Origin: Paecilomyces variotii
Lineage: Eukaryota
Assembly (NCBI GenBank): GCA_004022145.1
Contig: RCNU01000001.1
Length of the DNA: 64,000 nucleotides
Strand: one strand, 5' to 3'
Part shown: piece by piece, positions 48,909-60,000 of the stretch
Layout: every line of letters begins with the position of its first letter
How positions within the stretch are numbered: position 1 is the stretch's first letter
The notes under the pieces: generated by a model
What the model was told of the DNA's origin: nothing
Seen by the model: only the letters and a program-made list of their open reading frames with translations
Databases searched by the model: none
Program-made: the position numbers and the translations under genes

Positions 48909-50486
48909 TCATATCTCGCCCTCTTCGCTTCCACCGTCTTCTTCGTCGATTGCTTCGCCTTCTTCGATATCGCTACGGTCGTTTCGAGGCGGGCTTTTCC
49001 CTGCCTCGGCGGTATCTGAGGGACGCTTGTCTCGATCTCGGTCTCGGTCTCGATCTTGGTCAGAAGGTCGGCTGGTGGTAGTGGTGGTGGTGGTGGTGGT
49101 ATTCTGCTTGACGATGTCGTCGATGCGTTGTTGGATGGGATCTGTGTCTGGTTCGTTGTCGCGGCGGGCTAGTGGAGGCGGGATGGGAGGTAGAGGATGT
49201 TGTTGACGTTGTGAAGTAGTGTGGTTGTTATGATTATCGTGATTGTTATGGGAGTTGTGGTGGTGATGGTCATTTTGGTCTCGATCTCGATCTCGAGAAG
49301 GGAGATCTGATGAGGATGAGACGTTCGGTTTTGAGTCTTGGGACGAATGTGGTGGTGGTCTCTGCGACTGGCTCTCTTGGCCTGCTCTCCTGGACTCGTC
49401 TCTCTCTATCCGTTGTCGTTTTGGAGATCTCTCCGAAGCGGATGTATCGAATGACGCTCCGTTCGAGACGGGAGGTTTCAGCGACTCATGATGGTTCAGA
49501 AGTCCTTCTGGCTCTCTTGATCGCTTTCGGCCGTTGATGTCGTTCTCGGATGGAGTGCCAGCAGCAGGACTTCCACGGTATGAGATTCTGGTCTTCTCTG
49601 TATCCTCCCCGCCGTGGACCGGCGCTGTTGGGTACCGATGGCCTTGTCGATGGATTGCATTGTTCTCGTAAAGCTCTGCCATGCGATTGCATGCCCTTCG
49701 TACCTGCGTCAAGTCCACGTCGGCCTGTTCCCACCACGGTCGTCCCAGCTCGTCGTCCTCGAACGCCACATTGCAATGCAGCGCGGCAGCATAGAGCGCA
49801 CTAGCTGCGATGATGCGCGGAGTGAACTGGAGACAAAGCACCGTAAATGTAGAATCGTTGACGAACGCCCATGCTGCATTGCGAAGATTCTTATTCTCAT
49901 TCCCCCCAAAGAAACAAATAAAGTCGTAGAGGATGCGGTATGGCTGCTCCAGCTGCAAGTCAAAGCAGAGCGCTTCGAGAAGCAAGTCCTCATTGTGCAA
50001 GATGGTATCTCTCCATTTCCAGAACTCCTTGGACTGTTCGTCCACGACCAGATTCGGGTTCTTCTGCGCCACCCGACAGCATGCCACCACGATCTCTCTC
50101 ATCTTCCGACAATTCTCCTCCACCTTGGTAGCTAGGAAGAGCGATGTCGCAGCGATCGGATAAGGGTGCATTCCCGGCCGGTGTGGCAGATCGACCATGC
50201 TGTATCGCACGAAGAATCGGTGCAGGTATACACTGGCCGTCGCGAGCGTCAGCTGCGGAAGCTTCAACATGATCCCCACTTGTGTTATGAAGTTGACGCC
50301 CTTGCTGCGGCTCGTATGCTCTGCCTCTATCGTCATCCCATCTAGCAGGGACGGTGTTCGTGTAAGCTCTTCGTCTGTGAAGAGCCATTGCGACTGCGAC
50401 GCAAGTAGGACCGGGTTCGACGGCGCCGGGACAGGCCGCCGCTCACGGCGGCGCGATGAAGATGGTGACGACGTCATGAAGGGCAT
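48909..50486 (-). CDS. pch1: Transcriptional cyclin (cyclin T/K, Pch1-like)
   Basis: QWLFTDEEL..TPS, LPQLTLATASVYLHRFF, LFLATKVEE, LLEALCFDL...PY; low-complexity C-terminus. Confidence 0.88.
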   Translation of the reverse strand: MPFMTSSPSSSRRRERRPVPAPSNPVLLASQSQWLFTDEELTRTPSLLDGMTIEAEHTSRSKGVNFITQVGIMLKLPQLTLATASVYLHRFFVRYSMVDLPHRPGMHPYPIAATSLFLATKVEENCRKMREIVVACCRVAQKNPNLVVDEQSKEFWKWRDTILHNEDLLLEALCFDLQLEQPYRILYDFICFFGGNENKNLRNAAWAFVNDSTFTVLCLQFTPRIIAASALYAAALHCNVAFEDDELGRPWWEQADVDLTQVRRACNRMAELYENNAIHRQGHRYPTAPVHGGEDTEKTRISYRGSPAAGTPSENDINGRKRSREPEGLLNHHESLKPPVSNGASFDTSASERSPKRQRIERDESRRAGQESQSQRPPPHSSQDSKPNVSSSSDLPSRDRDRDQNDHHHHNSHNNHDNHNNHTTSQRQQHPLPPIPPPLARRDNEPDTDPIQQRIDDIVKQNTTTTTTTTTSRPSDQDRDRDRDRDKRPSDTAEAGKSPPRNDRSDIEEGEAIDEEDGGSEEGEI

Positions 50487-51293
50487 CCCCAGTGGAATAT
50501 CTCTCTTTCTCTCGACTGGATAGATAGAAGAACGGATTGAACGCTTCTGAGGACGAGTCGATTATCACGGCCGCTGGATGTCCGGTGTGAACTGGGATGT
50601 GAGTTCGAAACACAACCTGTCTGTACGGGGACACAGCTCCCGTTTTGTGTCTCTTTCTCCGCGCCAGGCTCCTATTGTATTTGCGGAGAGTTATCGGAGA
50701 AGGGGAACCATAGCGCATCACTCTGATACCATTGCTCTCGGGGTTCAGTCTCCGCGAGAAGGGCGTCGCAAGGACGACTAGCGGTAGAGCTATCGGAGGA
50801 GTCAGCCAGAGCGGCACCGATCAGTTGCTCTTCAGTATGGAGTCAACCCGGCGGATTTTTCATCGGATCACCAGCCTGAGGTCATAGAACAGGCCCCGGC
50901 TCAGTGAAGATACGAGCGTGTTTGGAGCTCGTCGCGGTGGTCGTCGAGGCGCAAGGAAGAGCAGATCGCGGGCGGAAGGTCCGTTATTCCGGTCCCGGCG
51001 TCCGATATTCGTTCCAGCTTACGAGACAATACGAACAAGAAATGATTTGGTTATTCTAACCGTGTTAAATTGCTGAGATGTTGCTAGTAGAACACCGAGA
51101 TAGACTGACACTGACTTGGTATCATAACTGTTCGATCCCGTGTAAAGATTGCAGGGACCACATTCCCGTTTATCACCAGAAACTCCGAAGTATGCTATCG
51201 CTATGCTTGCTCGCTAAATCAAGAAAAGGATGACAGACACATCTACCACGACATCTCGCAGATAACCACACAAGAGAAGCATCGTTTACCTTA

Positions 51294-52559
51294 TTACTCT
51301 TCCTCACTGACCTCACTCTCGTCGTCGCTGGCTACTGCATATTGCTGCTGCTGCCGCCTTGCTTCTTCCTCACGAGCGCTCTCTTCGAAGGCAGCCTCCA
51401 TTTCTGCCGCCAGCGCATCATCATCCTCGACCTCATCGTTGGCCTGTTCGGGTTGCGCATTTCTGGAAGGACTTGCAGGAGATGGAAGGCGGAGATCTTC
51501 AATGTCTTCCTCATCATCGCCATCATCGTCTGCTTCATTGGCAGATGTATTATTTGATGAGAAATGAGTAGGGTTGACAATGAATGGCTTGCGTGACGGT
51601 GGTGGAGAGCCCATGTCAATTATCAGATCTCCATCGATGATGATGTTGGAATTCGGTGATGCGGCAGGTTTGGCGGATGTTGGCTGACTCGGTTCCTCAT
51701 CTGAGGGAGCCGAATCAGAAACCAAGTGATCTGGCTTAGCTTTGGAAGCAGGTTCGGGTTTGGGTTTGTCTTCTGTAGCCTTGATGGTCTGAGCAGGCTT
51801 AGGGGCACGCTTCTGCTGACGTAGAGGGTTGGTCTGAGGTTTGCTTCTGCGTATTGATGGCGCTGGCGGCTTGGTAGCGGGTAGCGACGGGGTGCTGACC
51901 TTGGTCGGCACGTTATGGGGATCCGGCGTTGTGCTGGAAGAAATAGCATTCTTTTCGGCTTCGGCATTGGCCTTGGGAAGGAAATGGCGGAAATCGTATG
52001 GGTTGCTCTCGTCAGCAGCTCCGGGATCCTCATCCTCGCTTGCGTTCTCCCGCGACGGTTCATCTGCTGAAGGTTGGTCGTCTTCATGAAGAACCGGCAG
52101 TTGGGGATACTGCTCCGACACCTGTTTTTCCGTCTTTCCCGGGGCTGAACGCAGATTGAAGTTCAATTGGCTTGAGACCGGCTCCAAGATAAACGCCTTG
52201 CGTGCTGGATCAAAGACCAACACCAGGTTCCGTGTGTCTGATTGTGATACTGGCGACGCAGGATCCACGCTTCCTTCATATGAATATGTCAATGTTGTCT
52301 GCTCCGCATTCCCGGCCTTGTCCGTTACCGTCAACTTATAGATGTCTGGCGAGGATGATGAACGAGTGATGACCGACCGCTGGTGTGGGGTAGCCGATTT
52401 GCTCTTGTGGTTATAGGTGATATTGATGAAACGAGTCTCCTTGGTGCCATCTTTCCCAGAGAGTTTATCTCCCAACAGAATGGGGTATTCCGCTTGTTTG
52501 GTAGGATCAATGAGCAACCCCGACGGCGGGGGAGTCGCAGAGGCGGCGAGTGTCGACAT
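51294..52559 (-). CDS. ELL-associated factor (EAF) N-terminal domain protein
   Basis: EYPILLG, YNHK, YEGS, LVLVFDP....FILEPV....NFNL; acidic tail SDDESEVSEEE. Confidence 0.75.
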   Translation of the reverse strand: MSTLAASATPPPSGLLIDPTKQAEYPILLGDKLSGKDGTKETRFINITYNHKSKSATPHQRSVITRSSSSPDIYKLTVTDKAGNAEQTTLTYSYEGSVDPASPVSQSDTRNLVLVFDPARKAFILEPVSSQLNFNLRSAPGKTEKQVSEQYPQLPVLHEDDQPSADEPSRENASEDEDPGAADESNPYDFRHFLPKANAEAEKNAISSSTTPDPHNVPTKVSTPSLPATKPPAPSIRRSKPQTNPLRQQKRAPKPAQTIKATEDKPKPEPASKAKPDHLVSDSAPSDEEPSQPTSAKPAASPNSNIIIDGDLIIDMGSPPPSRKPFIVNPTHFSSNNTSANEADDDGDDEEDIEDLRLPSPASPSRNAQPEQANDEVEDDDALAAEMEAAFEESAREEEARRQQQQYAVASDDESEVSEEE

Positions 52560-53076
52560 GGGTTGGAGATTCGAAGGGAATGACTGGTAGACAAGTGTTT
52601 ATTCTTCGCTGATCTCGTTTCTCATGTACTATATAGTCCCAGGCAGGGTGAGGTCTGTTCAATGCCCAGGGAGGAAGAAAGACGACCCCAACAACAACAA
52701 CGGCTAACAGATCCGTGCTCAACAAGGAAGAGCGACGGGAGGTCAACACAGCGCATAAATTCCCGTGAGACTCGTACTCGTTACAGCAGGTAAGCGAACA
52801 TTCCAGGAGATCATTAGGCTAGATAGAGTGGAGATGGGGGGGAAGTGGTGAGAATCCGATGGAGAGCTGAAGATGGGGAAAGCCAGAAGTTGCGGAGTCG
52901 TTGAGCGGCGGAGCGAGTGTCCGTGACCCGCCGCTAGGGCAGACTAAGTTAGCGCTGCCGATGGCATGAGAATCCATCATGAGAACTTCAGAAGACATGA
53001 GAGATGAGGGAGGGAGCATGTCAAACAGTGAGTCTCTGCACGCCAGCCTCTCTCACGGGTGCCATATGGATGCATA

Positions 53077-54543
53077 TCAATGCACAGGGGATGCTATCGG
53101 CGAAATGCCCTTCCCCCCAGCACCCGTGCTCCCACCGGTGAGCTGCTCCAGCCGTCCAGCAAGCGCCCGATGCTTCCTCATCACCTCCTCCCAGTCATAG
53201 GTCATGTCTCTCTCCTCGCCCTCTTCAGAGTCGTCGAGAAGGGTGAGGATCATACCAAAGTCACCACCGAGACGGCCTAGACTCCCAGCACAGTAGAGGA
53301 CTTGAGTCAAGAGACTCTCTCGTGAGCTCTTGTCCTGCACATTGGGCAGATAGGTACGCAGCGTCTCCGTCAGCAGTGTAACGAGATGCATTGGCAGCGT
53401 TGCCAGCGCCGGAGGAAGGACCTGGAGGGGGTCGTCTTTTTCAGACTGTTTCTTCGGGGTGCTCTTGGCCCGTAGGTTCACATTTGTAGTAGCAGAGAAT
53501 CCCGAGTCCGACTGCTCGGGGGTGAAGATGTTCTTGTACAGCGACACTATAGCGAACGTCTGCTCTCGATAAATCTCAATGTACCTCTTGAGATATCTCT
53601 CCGTCTGATGACCCCCCGACCACGTATTCCCAGAAGACCGCGGATCGCTCTTGTTTCCCTTGCTCTGCATTCTCCGCCGTGTCTCCTGGTCTGCGAGCTC
53701 CCTCAGAGGATCCAGCGCTTCGAGGGTAGAAACCAGATTGGCTAACCGGGAGATGAGGAAAATGGCCCCTAACGCTCCCTCACTCGCGCCTGTAGAGCCG
53801 TCCTTTCGTAGACCCTCCAACTCCGGTGCCACACGACGCAGCCATCCCACCGTCCTCATAGCGGCAGCAAGTCTGATATTCTGCGACCGGAGACTGCTGA
53901 TCAGGTTCGTCGTCATGTCCTTCATCGCATCCTCCGCCTGCAACGCGACATCCTTGACGAGAGGGGAGTCGGGGTACAACGTCTGCAGTCTCTTGATATG
54001 GGCATACAGATCCAACGCAGACGAGTAGTTTGTGCTGGACGGCGCAGCGGTATTTGCACTCGCAGAGGCAGAGGACACGGCCGTCGAGAGCAAGGTCGGC
54101 AGCTCCAGGATATCGGACAGTCGGTCCACGTTTCGCGCCAATTGCATCGCCTTCTTCCGCCGTTCTATGATCGGGTTCTCAACGGTCTTGCTGTATGTAG
54201 ACGAGAAGCGTACCGCTTCCTCATCAAGCTTCGGAATCGCATCGCGTAGTTGATGTACTTCTCGACCGACGCGGGGAATAGATGTTCGGAGAGCGGAGAG
54301 GTTATCTGAGGAGGTGATGAATGCCTTGTGCGATCGATTGGACAGCGCCTGCAAAGAAAGTAATGTGGAGTGTGAAGACTGAGCGAGAGACTGAGGTTCG
54401 CTGTCCTTCAATAACTGCAATGACAGCGTAGAGAGCCGATGGAGATACTTGGAGGTCGTCGCATCTTGCGGCGCGGCGGGACGCGCAGAGGTGTCCTCTG
54501 CATCCAGATATGGAGCCAGCAGCTCATAAAGAGCATCCGTCAT
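53077..54543 (-). CDS. COG8: Conserved oligomeric Golgi complex subunit 8 (Dor1)
   Basis: First ATG at 54543. YLHRLSTLSL..L..EP..L, LSDILELPTLL, VGWLRR, YLKRYIEIYRE, QVLYCAGSLGRLGGDF. Confidence 0.9.
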   Translation of the reverse strand: MTDALYELLAPYLDAEDTSARPAAPQDATTSKYLHRLSTLSLQLLKDSEPQSLAQSSHSTLLSLQALSNRSHKAFITSSDNLSALRTSIPRVGREVHQLRDAIPKLDEEAVRFSSTYSKTVENPIIERRKKAMQLARNVDRLSDILELPTLLSTAVSSASASANTAAPSSTNYSSALDLYAHIKRLQTLYPDSPLVKDVALQAEDAMKDMTTNLISSLRSQNIRLAAAMRTVGWLRRVAPELEGLRKDGSTGASEGALGAIFLISRLANLVSTLEALDPLRELADQETRRRMQSKGNKSDPRSSGNTWSGGHQTERYLKRYIEIYREQTFAIVSLYKNIFTPEQSDSGFSATTNVNLRAKSTPKKQSEKDDPLQVLPPALATLPMHLVTLLTETLRTYLPNVQDKSSRESLLTQVLYCAGSLGRLGGDFGMILTLLDDSEEGEERDMTYDWEEVMRKHRALAGRLEQLTGGSTGAGGKGISPIASPVH

Positions 54544-54912
54544 GGCGAATTGTGCCTGCTCCACGGGGATTCAATCAAGCAGAATCACTGTATAGACACT
54601 GCATGTAGCAGAGCAAACGCCGCGGGCTTGTTCAATTAATAATATTGCGGAGTTGAAGCTGAACTGTCCAATTATCCGATCTCGAATTGGGAGTTTTCCG
54701 GCAGTCTCCAACCGCCACTTGCGCAGACCTTTAGGACGTTTCATCATCGCCCCCTCCTGGCCCGACGATGAATCAGTTGGGCGAAAAATGCAATCCGGAT
54801 TTCTTCTCTCTTTGATATATTCCTCTTAATTCCTATCTAATCTTCCATTCTACGCGCAGACGTTGCATCTTTACCCTTCTGATCATCCTATCCTGTTCTC
54901 CCCGCATTAGCC

Positions 54913-56689
54913 ATGGGCAAACCTCGGGCAAGTTTCACCGCCTGCTTGGGCCAACATTAACTTATCTCCGCAATATCAAGTTACTAACATGAGGCTCGTG
55001 AGATAGATGATCATCCTGATTCGCCATGCGCAATCGGAAGGGAATAAGAATCGCGAAATTCACCAGACGGTGCCGGATCACCGCGTGAAGCTGACGCCGG
55101 AAGGCCATCGACAAGCACGAGAAGCTGGCCGCAAGCTGCGTGAGCTGTTGCGGCCCGATGATACCCTTCATTTCTTTACTTCGCCCTATCGTCGCACGCG
55201 GGAGACGACAGAGGGGATTCTCGAATCGCTGACGTCCGATGACCCGACGCCATCGCCTTTTCCGAGACATACTATCAAAGTGTATGAGGAGCCACGGCTC
55301 CGAGAGCAGGACTTTGGCAACTTCCAGCCATGTTCCGCCGAGATGGAACGCATGTGGCAAGAGAGAGCGGACTATGGGCATTTCTTCTACAGGATCCCTA
55401 ACGGGGAATCAGCTGCGGATGCCTATGACCGCGTCAGCGGTTTTAATGAATCTCTCTGGCGGTTGTTCGGCGAAGATGACTTTGCCAGTGTCTGCATCCT
55501 TGTCACCCATGGTTTGATGACCCGCGTGTTTCTGATGAAGTGGTATCACTTCAGCGTCGAGTATTTCGAGGACCTGCGGAACATCAACCACTGTGAGTTC
55601 GTGGTGATGAAAAAGAACCCAGACAACGGCAAATATGTGCTCCAGAACAAACTGCGCACGTGGTCTGAGCTCAAGAAGGAGAAGGAACTTGAGCGGGAGC
55701 TGGAGCTGGCGGAGAAGGGCTTGAAGCCTGCTCCAGTCACTCCGTCTGATGGACCGATACCCGTGCGGCGGAGATGGGGCGGTTGCCCGGACGGTTGTGA
55801 CCACGGACTGGTGAAGACCTGGAGAGACAAGCCGAGGAGACAAAACACGATTGACTTGTTCCGCGATGATGACGATGGTGATGAGACGAGTGACGCCGGA
55901 AAAGAGACGCAGAAGCAGGACCGGTCTAAAGCCTCTTCGGATACGAAGACGAGGGCCAACCTGGCTTCTGTCTCGAGAAGCCTTTCGGGACGCAAAAAGA
56001 GCGACCTGGCTATAGTAGCATACAAGCGCGAGGCCATCGATGAAATGGTCTCTTCTCCAGACCAAACGCCCTCGTATATCTCGCTGGCTGCCCTCACACA
56101 CCAAAACCGTCCGGATAGCCCGGCCGGTACGTCTGAAGATGACGGGCGAGCACGACGGCCGTCTCTCTCCAGACGTCCGCCGATAGAGAAGAAGAAGAGA
56201 AGTGATCTTTCCCACCTCCGTCCTGATACCGACGATGAACGGTCTCCTGCCTCCCGAGGGCTCGCGCTCCGTCACCTAGGCGGCCGTGACGGCGGTGGCT
56301 CAAACAGCGGTGTAAACAGCCTTGTGCCATCTGATGAAGAGGGGGATCACCCTATCGAATTTGTCGAGGATCCTGCTCATTATATAGAGGACGATGGCGA
56401 CGGAGACGACGAAAGTGGTGGCCAACGCCGAGCCAGGCGCGGTCGACAACAAGAACAACATCATCACCACCACCATCATCACCATCATTATCACACTCAT
56501 GCAGAGCCCTCCGAGCACAATAAAGCCGAAAATAGACAAGTGGAGGCCGATGTTCTGGGCGACGGAGACAATGAAACACCAACAGTCCCCAACGACGTCC
56601 CTGAGCCAGACCAGGGAGTCCCAGTAGGGGAAGAGACATTCGAAGAAGAAAAGCGCGAAGGCCAAAGCATCCGGCAGACTGTTTACTGA
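54913..56689 (+). CDS. DET1: Histidine phosphatase (phosphoglycerate mutase family), Det1-like, with a long disordered C-terminus
   Basis: MGKPR|MIILIRHAQSEGN across GC-AG intron 54928-55006; TSPYRRTRET, EPRLREQDFGNFQ, GESAADAYDR, LVTHGL. Confidence 0.88.
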
Positions 56690-58566
56690 TGTTCATTTCT
56701 CCCTCGTTCTCCTTGATCTTCTTCTCACGCCCGACCCGTCCACGCTACGAAAATCACGGCTACGAAACGATCCATCCATGCAATTGAGACCCCCACGCTT
56801 GATACTCGATGCTTTCCATTTATGAATCTGCATTAGATCTCTTCTTCTTCTCTTCATCTGTCGAATTTGCCATGAATAGAATTCCCTTCCTGCAGATATC
56901 CGACTAAGATGGGAGAGGTGAGCGGAGAAAAGGAAAATAAAAAGATAAAAGGAAGCCTGGTTAGGAAACCATGTTTATAGATTCTCGTACAATTCCCGAT
57001 AGAGCATCTGTCAAACGTGCCTTTTTGATCTTTCATATGAGTTTCCTTGGTGGACTTACTTTTAATGCACATGGCGAGAGGTCGAAGGTAGCCAAGCAAC
57101 TGCGAGTGATAATGAGGACGACGGAAGCAATTCGTAGACCATCAATAATCGATAGATAGCTAATAGCTGGAACAAGGCTTGAATAGAAGATAGAAAGACG
57201 GGCCGGTATATACCGCCCTTTGTTTTCTCATTGCAAGTAATCGTTGGTAGAATGTAAGATAATGCTGATGATGGTATAATACATGGTGTACAATAAATAA
57301 GAAGCCCTCGAGAGAGAAAAGAATGGATAAGAAAAAGGCTAAGGGCAATAAATGAGCGAATTGCTGCCCTGTGTTCCATTGAAAGAGAAATTTTTTTCGC
57401 ACTTTAGTCAAGGCGTCACTCACGCCTCCTGGCTGGATGGCGGGGAGCCGATGAAAATGAGCAGGATGTTCCCGCTTATAATCTGGTTACTTACATCACA
57501 AAAAAACAAGTGGTGTTAATCTGAAAATTCAACGGGCCTGTTGCCTCGTGTAGGGGAATAAAGACTTCGAATCAATGCATATCGTTGAAAAGGGGCGATT
57601 GGCGTGGGAATAAGTAAAAGAAAAAAAATGCCGCCAACCACTGCTAACGCGAGTAGGGCGAAATGCAAAAGGGTAGTTTTAAGAGAGAGCGGACAAGTAA
57701 AATAAGAGAAATGGGAGGATTCCAGCCTAATGTTCTATCCCTCGCGGCCAAGTGAAGAGACTTCAGCAGCGGATTGGGAAGACACACATGGCAGAAAACA
57801 CCATTCTTGAAGAAATAAACCGTCACGAAAAAAAGAGCCATTGGAAAATTCATGGAAGCGCGAAAACGTAACAGAATCGATCCCCTAAATCGTGCATACC
57901 CTGGTCCACCAATCTGATCGACAATAAGAATTAACGCCATGAGTTTGGTCGGAGCGATGGGTTAGAAGGGAAGTAGCCCGATCTGACACAATCAACAAAA
58001 TATAACAATCTATGGATAACATTCGCCAACACATGCTAGGCAAAAAAAAAAGCCTGAAAATAAAAAGGGGGAAAGAAATAATAATGGGGTTAAATGAAGA
58101 AGAGAAATCGCGTAAGACAATCATAATCGTCGTGATTGCACTCTGGTCGACATACCCATGTTGACAAGGACAAGGTCCGTCTGTAAACCTAGGTAGTGCA
58201 TTCGAGAATCACGCGGACGCAACGAATTTGTATTGAAAGGGAAAATAGTAGGCCGGAGACATGGCGACTGTTTTTTTCTGCGTCGTAAAGGTGATAAGAA
58301 CCGTAAAAAAAAAGGCGCTCATTCCGCTCTGCTGCTGACTTTTTTTAAGCTTTCGCGAGGCCCGTGAGAGAAACATAAGATTACTTTTTCCGAGACGACG
58401 ACAAATGGATATACGAGCAATTCGAATCGACAATGGCGAGCAAAAATGGTGCGGTATCATCGAACAGCTAAAAAAAAATCGACATCGTTGAACATGAATT
58501 AAAAAGTGATTCCGAGAAGATTGATGTCAGACTGCGGCACCATAGAGCAAACTCGGACCTAGTGGT

Positions 58567-60000
58567 CTAGCCTGCAACAACAGGCTGCATAGCTCCAAAA
58601 GCGTTCGTGCACATGTAGTTTTCATGATGCTTCATGCAGTAGACACATCCACAAGAGGAGCCGTGACCGGTCCACACACTGTGCGTCAACGGGATCGAAT
58701 AGGCTGGAGTGTGATGGTACGATGGTGGCTGCGATCGGGGTCCTGCTTGCGCCATGTACTGACTCTGGGGAATCCACGCACGCGAGTAAGGAGGCGGCGG
58801 GTTAGCATAAGCCCACGCCCCCAAACTGTAATAATCGGGCGTGTTTGGACCGCTGTGCGGAGCCGATGGAGGTGAATACTCGGAAGCAGCAGGATTCAGC
58901 CAGGTAGTATCCATATGCGCGCTGCGTTGATACTGCGGCGGAATAGGACCTTCTGGCGACATCAAGGGTTTCGAGACCGCATGTTGCCTGGGAATATTCG
59001 TGTCGATCGGAGCCAGCTTGTGACGGGTCTCACAAGCCCTTACGGCGGCTTTGGCACGCCAAGTCTCCCAGTGAGAGAGCCAAGTCGCGAAGCCATCCTG
59101 CTTGTTATGGATCCGTTCGTGGATCTTCCACTCGAAGGCAAACAACCATTCGAGCTCCGTCTTGTTCAATTCTGAGACCGGGATGTTGCTGACCTCTGAC
59201 CACGACCTATTCTGGAAGGTGTTGTCGTCAAGGAACTTGCTGCCCAGCAAGAGAGCTGTGGTCAGCATGCGATATACCTGGCCACTGCCCGTCGCGTAGA
59301 CTCCAGCGGCGGAGAGCATCCGCATCCTGCTAGCCAGGTAGAAGAGGCCCAGCAGGATCGTGGAACTGGGGAGGCGAGTGGACGACAAGATCTGGTAGAC
59401 GTATTTTCTAAACTGAGGTGGCACCGGAGTTCCTGGGTAGACGCTTCGAGCGAAGTCAATATCTGAAAGGTTGATCTTGGTGATGTACAAAGCATACATT
59501 CCCTGGGCCATCTCAGCCACGAAATCCGACATCTGGTCCATCTCATAGTCCAAATAGGCTGCAACTCCTCCGGTCGCTTTTTCGTCCTTGGGGTGCTGCT
59601 GTTCGGGTCGGATGAACATGTCCTGTTGACGGTACTGAGGCGGGATCGCGCTATCCACGGGCGGGAGCTGGACATCGGTGCGCAGCGGTGGCAGCATGGA
59701 ACCGGCAGCGACAGGTCCGTACATCGCTTGCTGCATGCCGTGCGGGACCATTGTCGACTGCGTCGACGCCATATCCCGGCCGCTTCGCATCGGGTGCATG
59801 GAGTGACCGTGCATGTTGAGCGAAGCTTGCTTGGCGTAACACGTCGACTGGGAGTACTGCTCGATAAATTCACAGCCACTCTGGGTGTATCGCGGCGGGA
59901 AGGCGGACGGCCCTGTCAGATAGTAGGGCTGGTCACCGTTGTTAACATGCGGTGGCGTGGGGGGTAAGCCATGAAGGCTTGGGGCGAAGAAGGACGGCAT
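58567..60000 (-). CDS. clg1: Pho85-associated cyclin-like protein (Clg1/Pcl type)
   Basis: ILSSTRLPSSTILLGLFYL and ALLLGSKFLDDNTFQNRSWSEVS cyclin box; Pro/Tyr-rich termini; C-terminal HGSSCGCVYC. Confidence 0.85.
   Translation of the reverse strand: MPSFFAPSLHGLPPTPPHVNNGDQPYYLTGPSAFPPRYTQSGCEFIEQYSQSTCYAKQASLNMHGHSMHPMRSGRDMASTQSTMVPHGMQQAMYGPVAAGSMLPPLRTDVQLPPVDSAIPPQYRQQDMFIRPEQQHPKDEKATGGVAAYLDYEMDQMSDFVAEMAQGMYALYITKINLSDIDFARSVYPGTPVPPQFRKYVYQILSSTRLPSSTILLGLFYLASRMRMLSAAGVYATGSGQVYRMLTTALLLGSKFLDDNTFQNRSWSEVSNIPVSELNKTELEWLFAFEWKIHERIHNKQDGFATWLSHWETWRAKAAVRACETRHKLAPIDTNIPRQHAVSKPLMSPEGPIPPQYQRSAHMDTTWLNPAASEYSPPSAPHSGPNTPDYYSLGAWAYANPPPPYSRAWIPQSQYMAQAGPRSQPPSYHHTPAYSIPLTHSVWTGHGSSCGCVYCMKHHENYMCTNAFGAMQPVVAG

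Noticed and set aside
55409..56275. 288-aa minus-strand ORF
   Set aside because: Antisense to the DET1-like CDS.
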